This document shows, piece after piece, positions 56,408-64,000 of a stretch of 64,000 nt of DNA (the first letter of the stretch is position 1; each line of letters starts with the position of its first letter). The notes under the pieces are model-generated. The model saw nothing but the letters and a program-made list of their open reading frames with translations, ran no database searches and was not told the DNA's origin. Both the position numbers and the translations under genes were made by a program. The DNA lies in the sequence record DRR378314_2472; one strand, 5' to 3'.

Positions 56408-56964
56408 GCCCGCGTCAGGAACCAGATCCGCGCCGCGCCATAGTCGCGTGTCTCGATCACGTCCCAGCCCTCGGGCGCGATCATCTCGTCTGATCCGGTC
56501 TCGACGACCGCAAGAGCGTCTTCGGTTAGCCAGTTGCCTGAAACGAGGCACGCCAGAGCCGGTTCGATGAGGTCCTTGTGATAGGGCGGATCCAGAAAGG
56601 CCAGCGTAAATGGGCTGCCAACTCCGGCGGGCTTCTCGCCCAGATCGGTCGCGGACCGGCGATGCAGGCGCGTGTTCCCGTATAGTCCGAGCGTCTCGAT
56701 ATTGTCGCGGATCGCGCCGCGCGCACCATGATCGGTCTCGACGAACAGGCAGAAGGCCGCGCCCCGGCTCATCGCCTCTAGGCCCAGCGCACCAGAGCCT
56801 GCGAACAGGTCAATCACGCGGGCGCCTTCCATCTCGGGCGCCCAGTCGGCATGGGCCAGCATGTTAAAGATGGACTCGCGCGCGCGATCCCCGGTCGGCC
56901 GCGTACCCTGTCCCTTTGGCGCAGCAATGGCGCGTCCCTTGTGCTGTCCGGCAATAATGCGCAT
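56404..56964 (-). CDS. rsmD: 16S rRNA (guanine966-N2)-methyltransferase
   Basis: MRIIAG, TRPT.DRARE, DLFAGSGALGLEAMSRGA and DPPY. Confidence 0.95.
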   Translation of the reverse strand: MRIIAGQHKGRAIAAPKGQGTRPTGDRARESIFNMLAHADWAPEMEGARVIDLFAGSGALGLEAMSRGAAFCLFVETDHGARGAIRDNIETLGLYGNTRLHRRSATDLGEKPAGVGSPFTLAFLDPPYHKDLIEPALACLVSGNWLTEDALAVVETGSDEMIAPEGWDVIETRDYGAARIWFLTRA

Positions 56965-57014
56965 TCGACAAGCCATCCCTTTACTTTGGGCCCGTGTAAG
57001 GCGATCCCATTCTC

Positions 57015-57476
57015 ATGACAATTCCTTCTGATCCGATGACCCGCGCGCTGGAGCTGGCGCGGCAGGCTGCTGAGGCCGGTGAAGTGCCGGTCGGCGCTGT
57101 GGTCGTGGATCCGGAGACGGGCGCTATTGCGGGCGAGGGGGCCAATTGCCCGATTGCCGGGCATGATCCGACGGCGCATGCTGAAATCATTGCCTTGCGC
57201 GCAGCGGCGGCGGCCAGGGGAAATTACCGGCTGACCGGTCTGCACCTCTATGTGACACTGGAGCCGTGCGCGATGTGCGCCGGGGCGATTAGCTTTGCCC
57301 GTATCGGCAAGCTCGTATTCGCGGCGTGTGATCCAAAGGGCGGCGCGGTGATTCATGGCGCGCGCTTCTTCGAACAGCCGACCTGTCATTGGCGGCCGGA
57401 CGTGGAGCAGGACGAGGCGACGGGTGAGTTGGCCAGCGCCCTGCTGAAAGACTTCTTCCGCGCTCGGCGGGGCTGA
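57015..57476 (+). CDS. tadA: tRNA adenosine(34) deaminase
   Basis: GEVPVGAV, HDPTAHAE, TLEPCAMCAGA and DPKGG. Confidence 0.92.
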   Translation: MTIPSDPMTRALELARQAAEAGEVPVGAVVVDPETGAIAGEGANCPIAGHDPTAHAEIIALRAAAAARGNYRLTGLHLYVTLEPCAMCAGAISFARIGKLVFAACDPKGGAVIHGARFFEQPTCHWRPDVEQDEATGELASALLKDFFRARRG

Positions 57477-57507
57477 GGCTGGATAATTTAGAGAGTGTGA
57501 GCGAGGC

Positions 57508-59238
57508 ATGACAGAACCGGGTCACGAGATACTCATCAAGGATGCGGTCGTCTTCCTGTTCGCCGCGGGTGTCGTCGTACCCGTGTTCCGGTATCTCAAA
57601 CTGCCCGCCGTGGTCGGCTTCATGCTGTCCGGTATTGCACTCGGCCCGTATGCGTTGGGCCAGTTGGCGCATCAGTACCATTTCCTCGAATACTTTTCGA
57701 TTTCAGAACCTGAAGCCGCTGCGCCGTTTGCTGAACTTGGTGTGCTGTTCCTCTTGTTCCTGCTGGGCTTGGAGTTTTCGTTCGAGAAACTCTGGGGACT
57801 AAGGCGCGCTGTGTTTGGCGCAGGCGGTTTGCAAGCCGGGGTCAGTGCGCTCGCCATAGGCCTGATCGCCTGGCAGGTGGGGCTGCCAGCAGAAGCGGCC
57901 ATCATCTGCGGTCTTGCGCTCGCACTTTCGTCCACTGCCATCGTCATGCAGTTGCTGATCGAGCAGAAACAGGCGGCCCAGCCGGTCGGGCGCGCCGCGC
58001 TGGCGGTTCTGCTGTTTCAGGACATTCTCGTCGCGCCAATCCTGATCTTCGTGGGCTTCGTGAACATCGAAGCGGGTACGAACCTTACTGCCGTCCTTCT
58101 GGAAGCATTGGTCAATGGCGTCATCGCGATTGTGGCGATCATGATCATCGGTCGTTTCGGATTGCGCCGCATGTTCAGTCTCGCCGCTGCTGCCGGGGGA
58201 CGAGACTTCCTGATGGCGTTAACCTTGCTGACCGTGGTCGGGGCAGCGGCCATTACCGCGACGGCTGGTCTGTCGCTTGCGCTTGGGGCGTTCCTTGCGG
58301 GGCTGTTGCTGGGCGAGACAGAGTTCAAGCACCAGACCGAAGTGGACCTTGAGCCATTCAAGGGCATCCTGCTTGGCTTATTCTTCATGACGGTCGGCAT
58401 GGGTCTCGACTTGCCGTCGATCCTGTCCCAGCCTTGGGTGATCCTGGCTGGACTGGGCGCATTGCTGTTGCTGAAACTGTTTATCGGATTTGGTGCCCTG
58501 CGCCTTTTTGCTGGCAAGACGCCGATGTCGATCGAGGCGGCATTTCTTCTCGCGCCTGCGGGGGAATTTGCCTTTGTCGTGATTGCGGCAGCAACGGCTG
58601 TTGGCGCGTTGGCGCCCGAGCCCGGAGGGATGATGGCCGCGATTGCGGGCCTTTCCATGCTGTTGATCCCGATCCTGGGCAAGGTCGGTACGTTCATTGC
58701 GGATCGCCTGAGGGCGCAGGAACCTGCCCACACGCTGGAGGAAGACTTCTCTGACCTTGAGGGCCACGTCATCATTGCGGGCTTTGGCCGGGTAGGGCAT
58801 GCGGTTGCCCGCATTCTGGCGGCGGAAGAGGCTGATGTGGTGGCGCTGGAACGCAGCGCGGTCAACGTGTCCCGCGCCCGAAACGCTGGCTGGCGTGCCT
58901 ATCTGGGCGATGCGGCTCGCCCGGAAATCCTTCACAGCGCAGGCGCAGATGGCGCGCGCCTCTTCGTCGTCACCGTGGATGATGTGAGCGCCGCTGAGGG
59001 TATGGTGCGCGCTTTCCACAAATTGCGGCCGGAAGTGCCAATCATTGCCCGCGCGCGGGACCACGAGCATGCCCAGCGCCTGATTGATGCCGGGGCCAAG
59101 GAAGTTATTCCGGATGCGGTCGAATCCGGCCTGCAAATGGCCGGGCGCACACTTCATGAGTTCGGCTATAATGATGAGACGATCCGCGACCGGTTGGCTG
59201 CGGAACGTGATGAGGAATATCACCGCATCGGAACCTGA
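57508..59238 (+). CDS. CPA2 cation:proton antiporter with TrkA-N domain (KefB/KefC-like)
   Basis: LSSTAIV, LLFQDI, LGAFLAG, GEFAFV and C-terminal IAGFGRVG. Confidence 0.92.
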   Translation: MTEPGHEILIKDAVVFLFAAGVVVPVFRYLKLPAVVGFMLSGIALGPYALGQLAHQYHFLEYFSISEPEAAAPFAELGVLFLLFLLGLEFSFEKLWGLRRAVFGAGGLQAGVSALAIGLIAWQVGLPAEAAIICGLALALSSTAIVMQLLIEQKQAAQPVGRAALAVLLFQDILVAPILIFVGFVNIEAGTNLTAVLLEALVNGVIAIVAIMIIGRFGLRRMFSLAAAAGGRDFLMALTLLTVVGAAAITATAGLSLALGAFLAGLLLGETEFKHQTEVDLEPFKGILLGLFFMTVGMGLDLPSILSQPWVILAGLGALLLLKLFIGFGALRLFAGKTPMSIEAAFLLAPAGEFAFVVIAAATAVGALAPEPGGMMAAIAGLSMLLIPILGKVGTFIADRLRAQEPAHTLEEDFSDLEGHVIIAGFGRVGHAVARILAAEEADVVALERSAVNVSRARNAGWRAYLGDAARPEILHSAGADGARLFVVTVDDVSAAEGMVRAFHKLRPEVPIIARARDHEHAQRLIDAGAKEVIPDAVESGLQMAGRTLHEFGYNDETIRDRLAAERDEEYHRIGT

Positions 59239-59245
59239 TGGTCCG

Positions 59246-59815
59246 CTACAGCCATCCCGCCGTTTCAGCGATCAGCCAAATTCCAAGCGCGAGGAATAAC
59301 AGTGCCGCGAGCCGCCTGACCACGCTGAGGGGCACGCGCCGGATTACCACTTCGCCAAAGTAAACCGCTGGCACATTGGCCAGCATCATTCCGACTGTCG
59401 TGCCGAGCGTGACCAGCGCAACTTGCTCAAACTGGGCGCCTAGCGCGATCGTCGCCACCTGCGTCTTGTCACCCATCTCCACCAGGAAAAAGGTGATCAG
59501 TGTCGTGAGGAAGGCGCCGTTTCGCATACGAGGGCGCTCATCTTCGTCCAGCTTGTCGGGGATCAGCGTCCAGGCCGCCATCAACAGGAAAGATGCGGCA
59601 ATCAGATACCGAAACCAGTCTCCTTCAAGAAATGCGGCGGCTTGCGATCCGATCAGTGCTGCGAGAAAGTGATTTGCGATTGTGGCAGCGAATATCCCGG
59701 CAATAATCGCGAGCGGCTTTCGAAATTGCACAGCCAGCAGGATGGCGAGTAATTGTGTCTTGTCGCCGATTTCCGCGAGCGCGACCACGAGTGTGGAGGT
59801 GAGAAGGGCTTCCAT
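59246..59815 (-). CDS. TMEM165/GDT1 (UPF0016) manganese exporter
   Basis: Two EIGDKTQ/EMGDKTQ motifs; downstream of a yybP-ykoY riboswitch. Confidence 0.93.
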   Translation of the reverse strand: MEALLTSTLVVALAEIGDKTQLLAILLAVQFRKPLAIIAGIFAATIANHFLAALIGSQAAAFLEGDWFRYLIAASFLLMAAWTLIPDKLDEDERPRMRNGAFLTTLITFFLVEMGDKTQVATIALGAQFEQVALVTLGTTVGMMLANVPAVYFGEVVIRRVPLSVVRRLAALLFLALGIWLIAETAGWL

Positions 59816-59891
59816 GAATGGCGGTCTCCAGGCCGGGCAATACTAACGCAATGACACCAGCTTCCCGTGCCCGGCCCGAGCAGGAAAGTGG

Positions 59892-60005
59892 CGTCATTGG
59901 TCTCGCCCGAACGGTTGCCCGCTCCCTTCGCGCCACGACCTGTTGGCCGAGTATGTTGACGCGGAGGCCCGATCATCAGACCGGCTGGCTACTCCCCAAG
60001 TGACG
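59892..60005 (-). ncRNA. yybP-ykoY manganese riboswitch
   Basis: Minus strand: CGUCAC-UUGGGGAGUAGCC...GUCAACAUACUCG...CGUGGCGC...GGCGAGACCAAUGACG, with P1 closure; upstream of a UPF0016 gene. Confidence 0.92.
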
Positions 60006-60024
60006 GGGCTCTCGTATCGCCTGC

Positions 60025-60939
60025 TCAGGTGGAAGGCAAGCGCGGCAGAATATCCTCCACCGTTTCCAGAATAAGCGACCGCAACCAGGACAAGGCAGCA
60101 TCCTCAGAATTCTCTCGCCGCCAGTAGAGTTCGCTGTCCAGCGGCGGGAAAACGCCGGGCAATTCATGAGTCACCAATCCCGGTGCCGGGGCCATCAATG
60201 CTGGCAGGGTAAGCGCCAGGTCGGTCTGACGCACAATCTCCATCGCAGGCATGTAATGCGGCAGTCGCATGACGGGCGTGATGCGGGCGCCATGCGTCCG
60301 CGCGACCTCCTCAACGTAGGAGCGGCCCTCCCGGCGACTGGACACGACAACATGGCGAAGCTCCAAATAGGCTTCAAAACTCATCTCTGTGCCAGCCTGC
60401 GGATGGTCTTCCGAGACGACGCACACATAGGGCGTCGTCATCAATTGCTCGCGTTCAAGGTCAGTGCCGCGAATGCCAGGCACATCAATCGCCAGGTCCA
60501 GGCGACCTGAGGCGAGTTCGGAAGAGATTGCCCCGCGATTGAGTTGCGTCCAGGCAATCCTAACCCCTGGCGCGTCGACTTGCAGGCGTTGGGCAAGGCG
60601 AGGCGCGATCATGAACGCGCCTGCATCGCGCGCCGAGATGTTGAACACACGCGTTGACCGGGAAGGCTCGAACGCCGATCTTGGCTCTAGCCCGGCGCGC
60701 AATCTGTCCAGCGCGTCGCGTACAGCGGGCATCAGCGCTTCGGCCATTGCGGTTGGCTTCACGCCGCGCCCTTCGCGCACAAACAGCGGATCCTCGAAAT
60801 GTGTGCGCAGCCGCGCCAAGGCATTGCTGACGGCCGGTTGGGTGATGTGTAGGAATTCGCTCGCCCGTGTCAGGCTGCGTTCAGTGTAGACAGCCTCCAG
60901 TACGGGCAGCAGGTTCAGGTCCAGCGATCTGAGGTTCAT
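60025..60939 (-). CDS. LysR family transcriptional regulator (NahR/NodD-like)
   Basis: LDLNLL...RSLTRAS.FLHITQPAVSNALARLR..FEDPLFVR. Confidence 0.94.
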   Translation of the reverse strand: MNLRSLDLNLLPVLEAVYTERSLTRASEFLHITQPAVSNALARLRTHFEDPLFVREGRGVKPTAMAEALMPAVRDALDRLRAGLEPRSAFEPSRSTRVFNISARDAGAFMIAPRLAQRLQVDAPGVRIAWTQLNRGAISSELASGRLDLAIDVPGIRGTDLEREQLMTTPYVCVVSEDHPQAGTEMSFEAYLELRHVVVSSRREGRSYVEEVARTHGARITPVMRLPHYMPAMEIVRQTDLALTLPALMAPAPGLVTHELPGVFPPLDSELYWRRENSEDAALSWLRSLILETVEDILPRLPST

Positions 60940-60953
60940 GGCGCGCTCCAATT

Positions 60954-60970
60954 CATCACCAGCGGTGATG
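60954..60970. promoter_or_regulatory. LysR-type operator (T-N11-A dyad)
   Basis: Perfect inverted repeat CATCACC-AGC-GGTGATG just upstream of the LysR start, followed by an AT-rich tract. Confidence 0.65.
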
Positions 60971-61094
60971 TGAAGTCTTCATATAATAAATTTCCCGAAT
61001 GATCGAGCGCGCGTTATCGTCACCGCCAGAATAGAGGTGGTGAATGAGCGCGGCGAGAACGCCCACACAATTGGAAAGCCTGTGCGCGGCGGCT

Positions 61095-61841
61095 CTAGAG
61101 CCAGCCCGCGGCGCGCATCAGCAGCACCACGCCCACAGCCGTCACAAGATATTTCATGCCGCGTTTGAAGTTCAGATCGCTCATCCGGTCCAACACCTTG
61201 CCGCCCAAGGTCGTGCCCAGCATGGAGAGCGGCACCGCCGCAAGGATCAGCCAGGCTGGCGGCAGCATCTTGATGCCGGACGCCATGATGACGGGTACAC
61301 TCCAGAAGATGATCTTCACAAAATGCGCCAGGACCTGCGTCACGGCCTTTGTCGCAACGATCTGATGGCGCGTCATCGCCGTGTTCACGAAGAACTGGTC
61401 CATCAGTGGCCCGGCAACCCCGGCGACGGTGTTCAGCGCCTGCACGACAAATCCGGCACCCTCGGCCTGGAACCGTTTCTGGATATTGAGATCCGCGACC
61501 GATTTCGGCAGCCATACCAGCAGGGTCACGAGACCCAACATCAGGTAGACCATCTGCTTGTCTGGTCGCCAGCTCAGCGCGAAGAGCAATCCAATCGCCG
61601 CGACCGAGCCGAGCGCGTAGCGCCGGAAAATGGTCCAGTCGATATGCTCTCGCCAAAGATAGGCCCGGTAGCCATTCGCCACCATTTGCACGGTGCCGTG
61701 GATGATCATGGCGGTGGCCACGGGAACCAGCGCAGCCAGCACACCCATGAAGATGATGCCGCCAGCCATGCCAAATATGCCCGACAGGAAACTCGTGGCC
61801 AACACAGTGACGAGAATGATGGCGGCAGATATCGGGCTCAT
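61095..61841 (-). CDS. TSUP (TauE/SafE) family transporter
   Basis: SFLSGIFGMAGG and AGVAGP; about 8 TM helices. Confidence 0.87.
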   Translation of the reverse strand: MSPISAAIILVTVLATSFLSGIFGMAGGIIFMGVLAALVPVATAMIIHGTVQMVANGYRAYLWREHIDWTIFRRYALGSVAAIGLLFALSWRPDKQMVYLMLGLVTLLVWLPKSVADLNIQKRFQAEGAGFVVQALNTVAGVAGPLMDQFFVNTAMTRHQIVATKAVTQVLAHFVKIIFWSVPVIMASGIKMLPPAWLILAAVPLSMLGTTLGGKVLDRMSDLNFKRGMKYLVTAVGVVLLMRAAGWL

Positions 61842-61992
61842 GGTGCCGACCTAGACCCGTTTGTCGGAAAACGCGACCCCGGACGCAGGTGGGCAGCCAC
61901 CGACACAAAACATTTCATAGAAACAATTTGCGGTGCTGCAGCCGCAAGGCGTACCATTCCCCCAACAACACAGTCTGAGAGGAGACACCGAA

Positions 61993-63294
61993 ATGGCGGA
62001 TACTGAAACGTCCATGGACGTCCAGAATGACCTGAATGATTTGCGCATGTCGGATGCGGCCGTGCCGCTTTACGAGCATGTGAAGACCTTCATTCGCGAC
62101 GTCGTGAACCCAATGAGCGAGGAATTTCATCGCCTCGGCGAAGGCAAGACCGACATCTGGTCCTATGCACCCGGCCAGTTGGAAGCGCTGGAAAAGGCCA
62201 AGGACGAGGCCAAAAAACAGGGCCTCTGGAATTTCTTCCTGCCTGACGCCGAAACCGGCGAAGGCCTGAAGAACCTTGACTATGCCTATATCGCGGCAGA
62301 GTTGGGCAAGAACCCGCTGGCGTCCGAGACGATGAACTGCTCCGCGCCGGATACCGGCAATATGGAAGTTCTGGAGCGTGTCGGCACGCCGGAACAGAAA
62401 GAGCGCTGGCTGAAGCCATTGCTGAATGGTGAGATCCGTTCCGCCTTCGCGATGACAGAACCAGCCCTGCCATCATCCGACGCCAAGAACGTGTCCATGA
62501 GCGCCGTTCTGGAAGGTGATGAATGGGTCATCAATGGCGAGAAATTCTATATTTCCGGCGCTGGCGACCCGCGCTGCAAGATCATGATCTGTATGGTGAA
62601 GACCAGCCCGGACGCAGAGCCGAACAAGCAGCAAAGCCAAATCCTCGTGCCGTTGCCGCATCCGGGTGTTACGATCCTCGGCCCGATGCACGTCTTCGGT
62701 GATCCGGACGCGCCGCATGGCCACATGCACATCCGTTTTGAAAACGTTCGTGTGCCAAAGGAAAACATTCTGCTCGGCGAAGGGCGCGGCTTCGAAATTT
62801 CCCAGCTGCGTCTGGGGCCAGGCCGCATCCACCACTGCATGCGTTCGCTCGGCGCAGCCGAAAAGGCGCTGGACATGATGGTTGTGCGCGGCATGACACG
62901 TCAGGCCTTTGGCCGTGACCTGATCAAGCTGGGCGGCAACATCGAGAAAGTTTCCCGCGCACGTATCGAGATTGAATCCATGCGCATGATGGTGCTGAAA
63001 GCTGCCAAGGCGATGGACGTTCTGGGCAACAAGGAGGCCCGCGTCTGGATTTCCATGGTCAAGGCGATGGTGCCGGAGCGCGTGTGCGCCATCATCGATG
63101 ATGCCATCCAGATGCACGGCGCTGCCGGTGTGTCGCAATGGACGCCGCTGGCGCGCATGTATGCCAATCAGCGGACCCTGCGTCTCGCGGACGGCCCGGA
63201 CGAAGTGCACCACATGGTCGTCGGCCGCGCCGAAACCCGCAAATACACGGGCGAAGAAGAAGATCCGGCGATGGCCGCTGTCTGGCGGAAGTAA
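61993..63294 (+). CDS. Acyl-CoA dehydrogenase family protein
   Basis: RBS GAGGAG; NCSAPDTGNME, AMTEP, RLGPGRIHH and RLADGPDEVH. Confidence 0.94.
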   Translation: MADTETSMDVQNDLNDLRMSDAAVPLYEHVKTFIRDVVNPMSEEFHRLGEGKTDIWSYAPGQLEALEKAKDEAKKQGLWNFFLPDAETGEGLKNLDYAYIAAELGKNPLASETMNCSAPDTGNMEVLERVGTPEQKERWLKPLLNGEIRSAFAMTEPALPSSDAKNVSMSAVLEGDEWVINGEKFYISGAGDPRCKIMICMVKTSPDAEPNKQQSQILVPLPHPGVTILGPMHVFGDPDAPHGHMHIRFENVRVPKENILLGEGRGFEISQLRLGPGRIHHCMRSLGAAEKALDMMVVRGMTRQAFGRDLIKLGGNIEKVSRARIEIESMRMMVLKAAKAMDVLGNKEARVWISMVKAMVPERVCAIIDDAIQMHGAAGVSQWTPLARMYANQRTLRLADGPDEVHHMVVGRAETRKYTGEEEDPAMAAVWRK

Positions 63295-63317
63295 GCCCGA
63301 CGCAATTTGAATTGATG

Positions 63318-63349
63318 GGCGCGGTTCCTTGCGGGACCGCGCCTTTCTT
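63318..63349 (+). terminator. Intrinsic terminator
   Basis: GGCGCGGTTCC-TTGC-GGGACCGCGCC-TTTCTT. Confidence 0.8.
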
Positions 63350-63421
63350 GTATGCGGCTGGATGATTGTCGCTATCTAGCCCAAATTCGGCTAGCATTGT
63401 CCTCTTGGTAGGGAGGACGCC

Positions 63422-63904
63422 ATGATAAGACTGTCGAAAATAATGCTCATCGTGCTTGTCGGGCTACAGGGCCTGTTTTACGCGCTCAACAACATCGTGA
63501 ACTTTGGGGCCGCGAAGGGATTCGTTCAGGGCGTCCTGCCAATGGAAGGGAATGAGGCCTATCCAAATGCGTTCGGGCCAGGAATTTCATCACCCGCTCT
63601 CATCACAATTATCCTGTGTTTCATAATTGTCGGAGAATTGCTCGTGGCCGCCTTCTCGCTGAGAGGGGCGTTCGACATGGTCCGGGTGCGTAGTGGATCG
63701 GCTGAGCGATTCAACGATGCGAAAACTTGGGCGATCATGGGCTGTGTCATGGCGCTGCTCGTCTGGTTTGGGCTGTTCATGGTGATTGGCGGTGCGTACT
63801 TCCAGATGTGGCAGACCCCGCTGGGCGCCGCCGCGCAGGGAGGCGCTTTCCAATATGCCATCTCCAGCGGTATCGTTCTCTTGTTCGTGAACGCGCCGGA
63901 CTGA
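63422..63904 (+). CDS. DUF2165 family membrane protein
   Basis: RBS GGAGG; ALNNI, FVQGVL.M and FMVIGGAYFQMWQ. Confidence 0.82.
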   Translation: MIRLSKIMLIVLVGLQGLFYALNNIVNFGAAKGFVQGVLPMEGNEAYPNAFGPGISSPALITIILCFIIVGELLVAAFSLRGAFDMVRVRSGSAERFNDAKTWAIMGCVMALLVWFGLFMVIGGAYFQMWQTPLGAAAQGGAFQYAISSGIVLLFVNAPD

Positions 63905-63910
63905 CGCCGC

Positions 63911-64000
63911 CTAAAACGGCACGTTCGGATCGTCTTCGCCCGGATCGCCAATTTCCAGACCGGCGAAGTCGAACACACGCGGATCATGCAGATGGCTCGG
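63911..64000 (-). CDS. ttcA: C-terminus of a probable tRNA 2-thiocytidine synthetase (runs off the window edge)
   Basis: Manual translation PSHLHDPRVFDFAGLEIGDPGEDDPNVPF*, matching the TtcA C-terminal PSHL.D..LFDF pattern; only 30 codons are visible. Confidence 0.6.
   Translation of the reverse strand, partial: PSHLHDPRVFDFAGLEIGDPGEDDPNVPF

Noticed and set aside
61044..62006. 320-aa plus-strand ORF as a full protein-coding gene
   Set aside because: Beyond the first ~17 codons it is antisense to the TSUP gene with shadow-like composition; only the 5' stub is treated as meaningful.
1..64000. CRISPR arrays, IS elements, integrases, rRNA and tRNA genes
   Set aside because: No regularly spaced repeats, transposase or recombinase motifs, or cloverleaf/rRNA signatures found by eye; a covariance-model scan would be needed to exclude small RNAs.

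Overview
A gene-dense, roughly 60% GC chromosomal window from an alphaproteobacterium. Gene content and order (uvrA-ssb-gyrA-coaD-queA; TipF-like-HAD-MaoC-ribF-ileS-lspA-DUF3035-M16 pair; slt-dapA-smpB) suggest Caulobacterales/Hyphomonadaceae; this is inference. About 65 CDS, mostly housekeeping or metabolic. I saw no rRNA, tRNA, CRISPR array, integrase or transposase. Regulatory elements read from the DNA: an alphaproteobacterial LexA box between uvrA and ssb, two EcfG/sigmaT-type promoters (GGAAC-N16-CGTT), a SoxR box, a yybP-ykoY Mn riboswitch, a LysR operator and several intrinsic terminators. Best candidates for something new: (1) an Ile-codon leader peptide plus hairpin upstream of ileS, a possible attenuator; (2) a stand-alone DUF262+DUF1524 (GmrSD/SspE-like) nuclease outside any defence island; (3) a variant lipoprotein class D beta-lactamase 1 nt downstream of LexA-boxed ssb; (4) a 52-bp duplicated udg 3' end flanking an inserted membrane-protein gene; (5) a SoxR-VOC-small ORF-GGT module; (6) a LysR divergent promoter whose target appears truncated. 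Some small proteins missing from the ORF track are also reported. All family calls come from motif recognition, not database searches.
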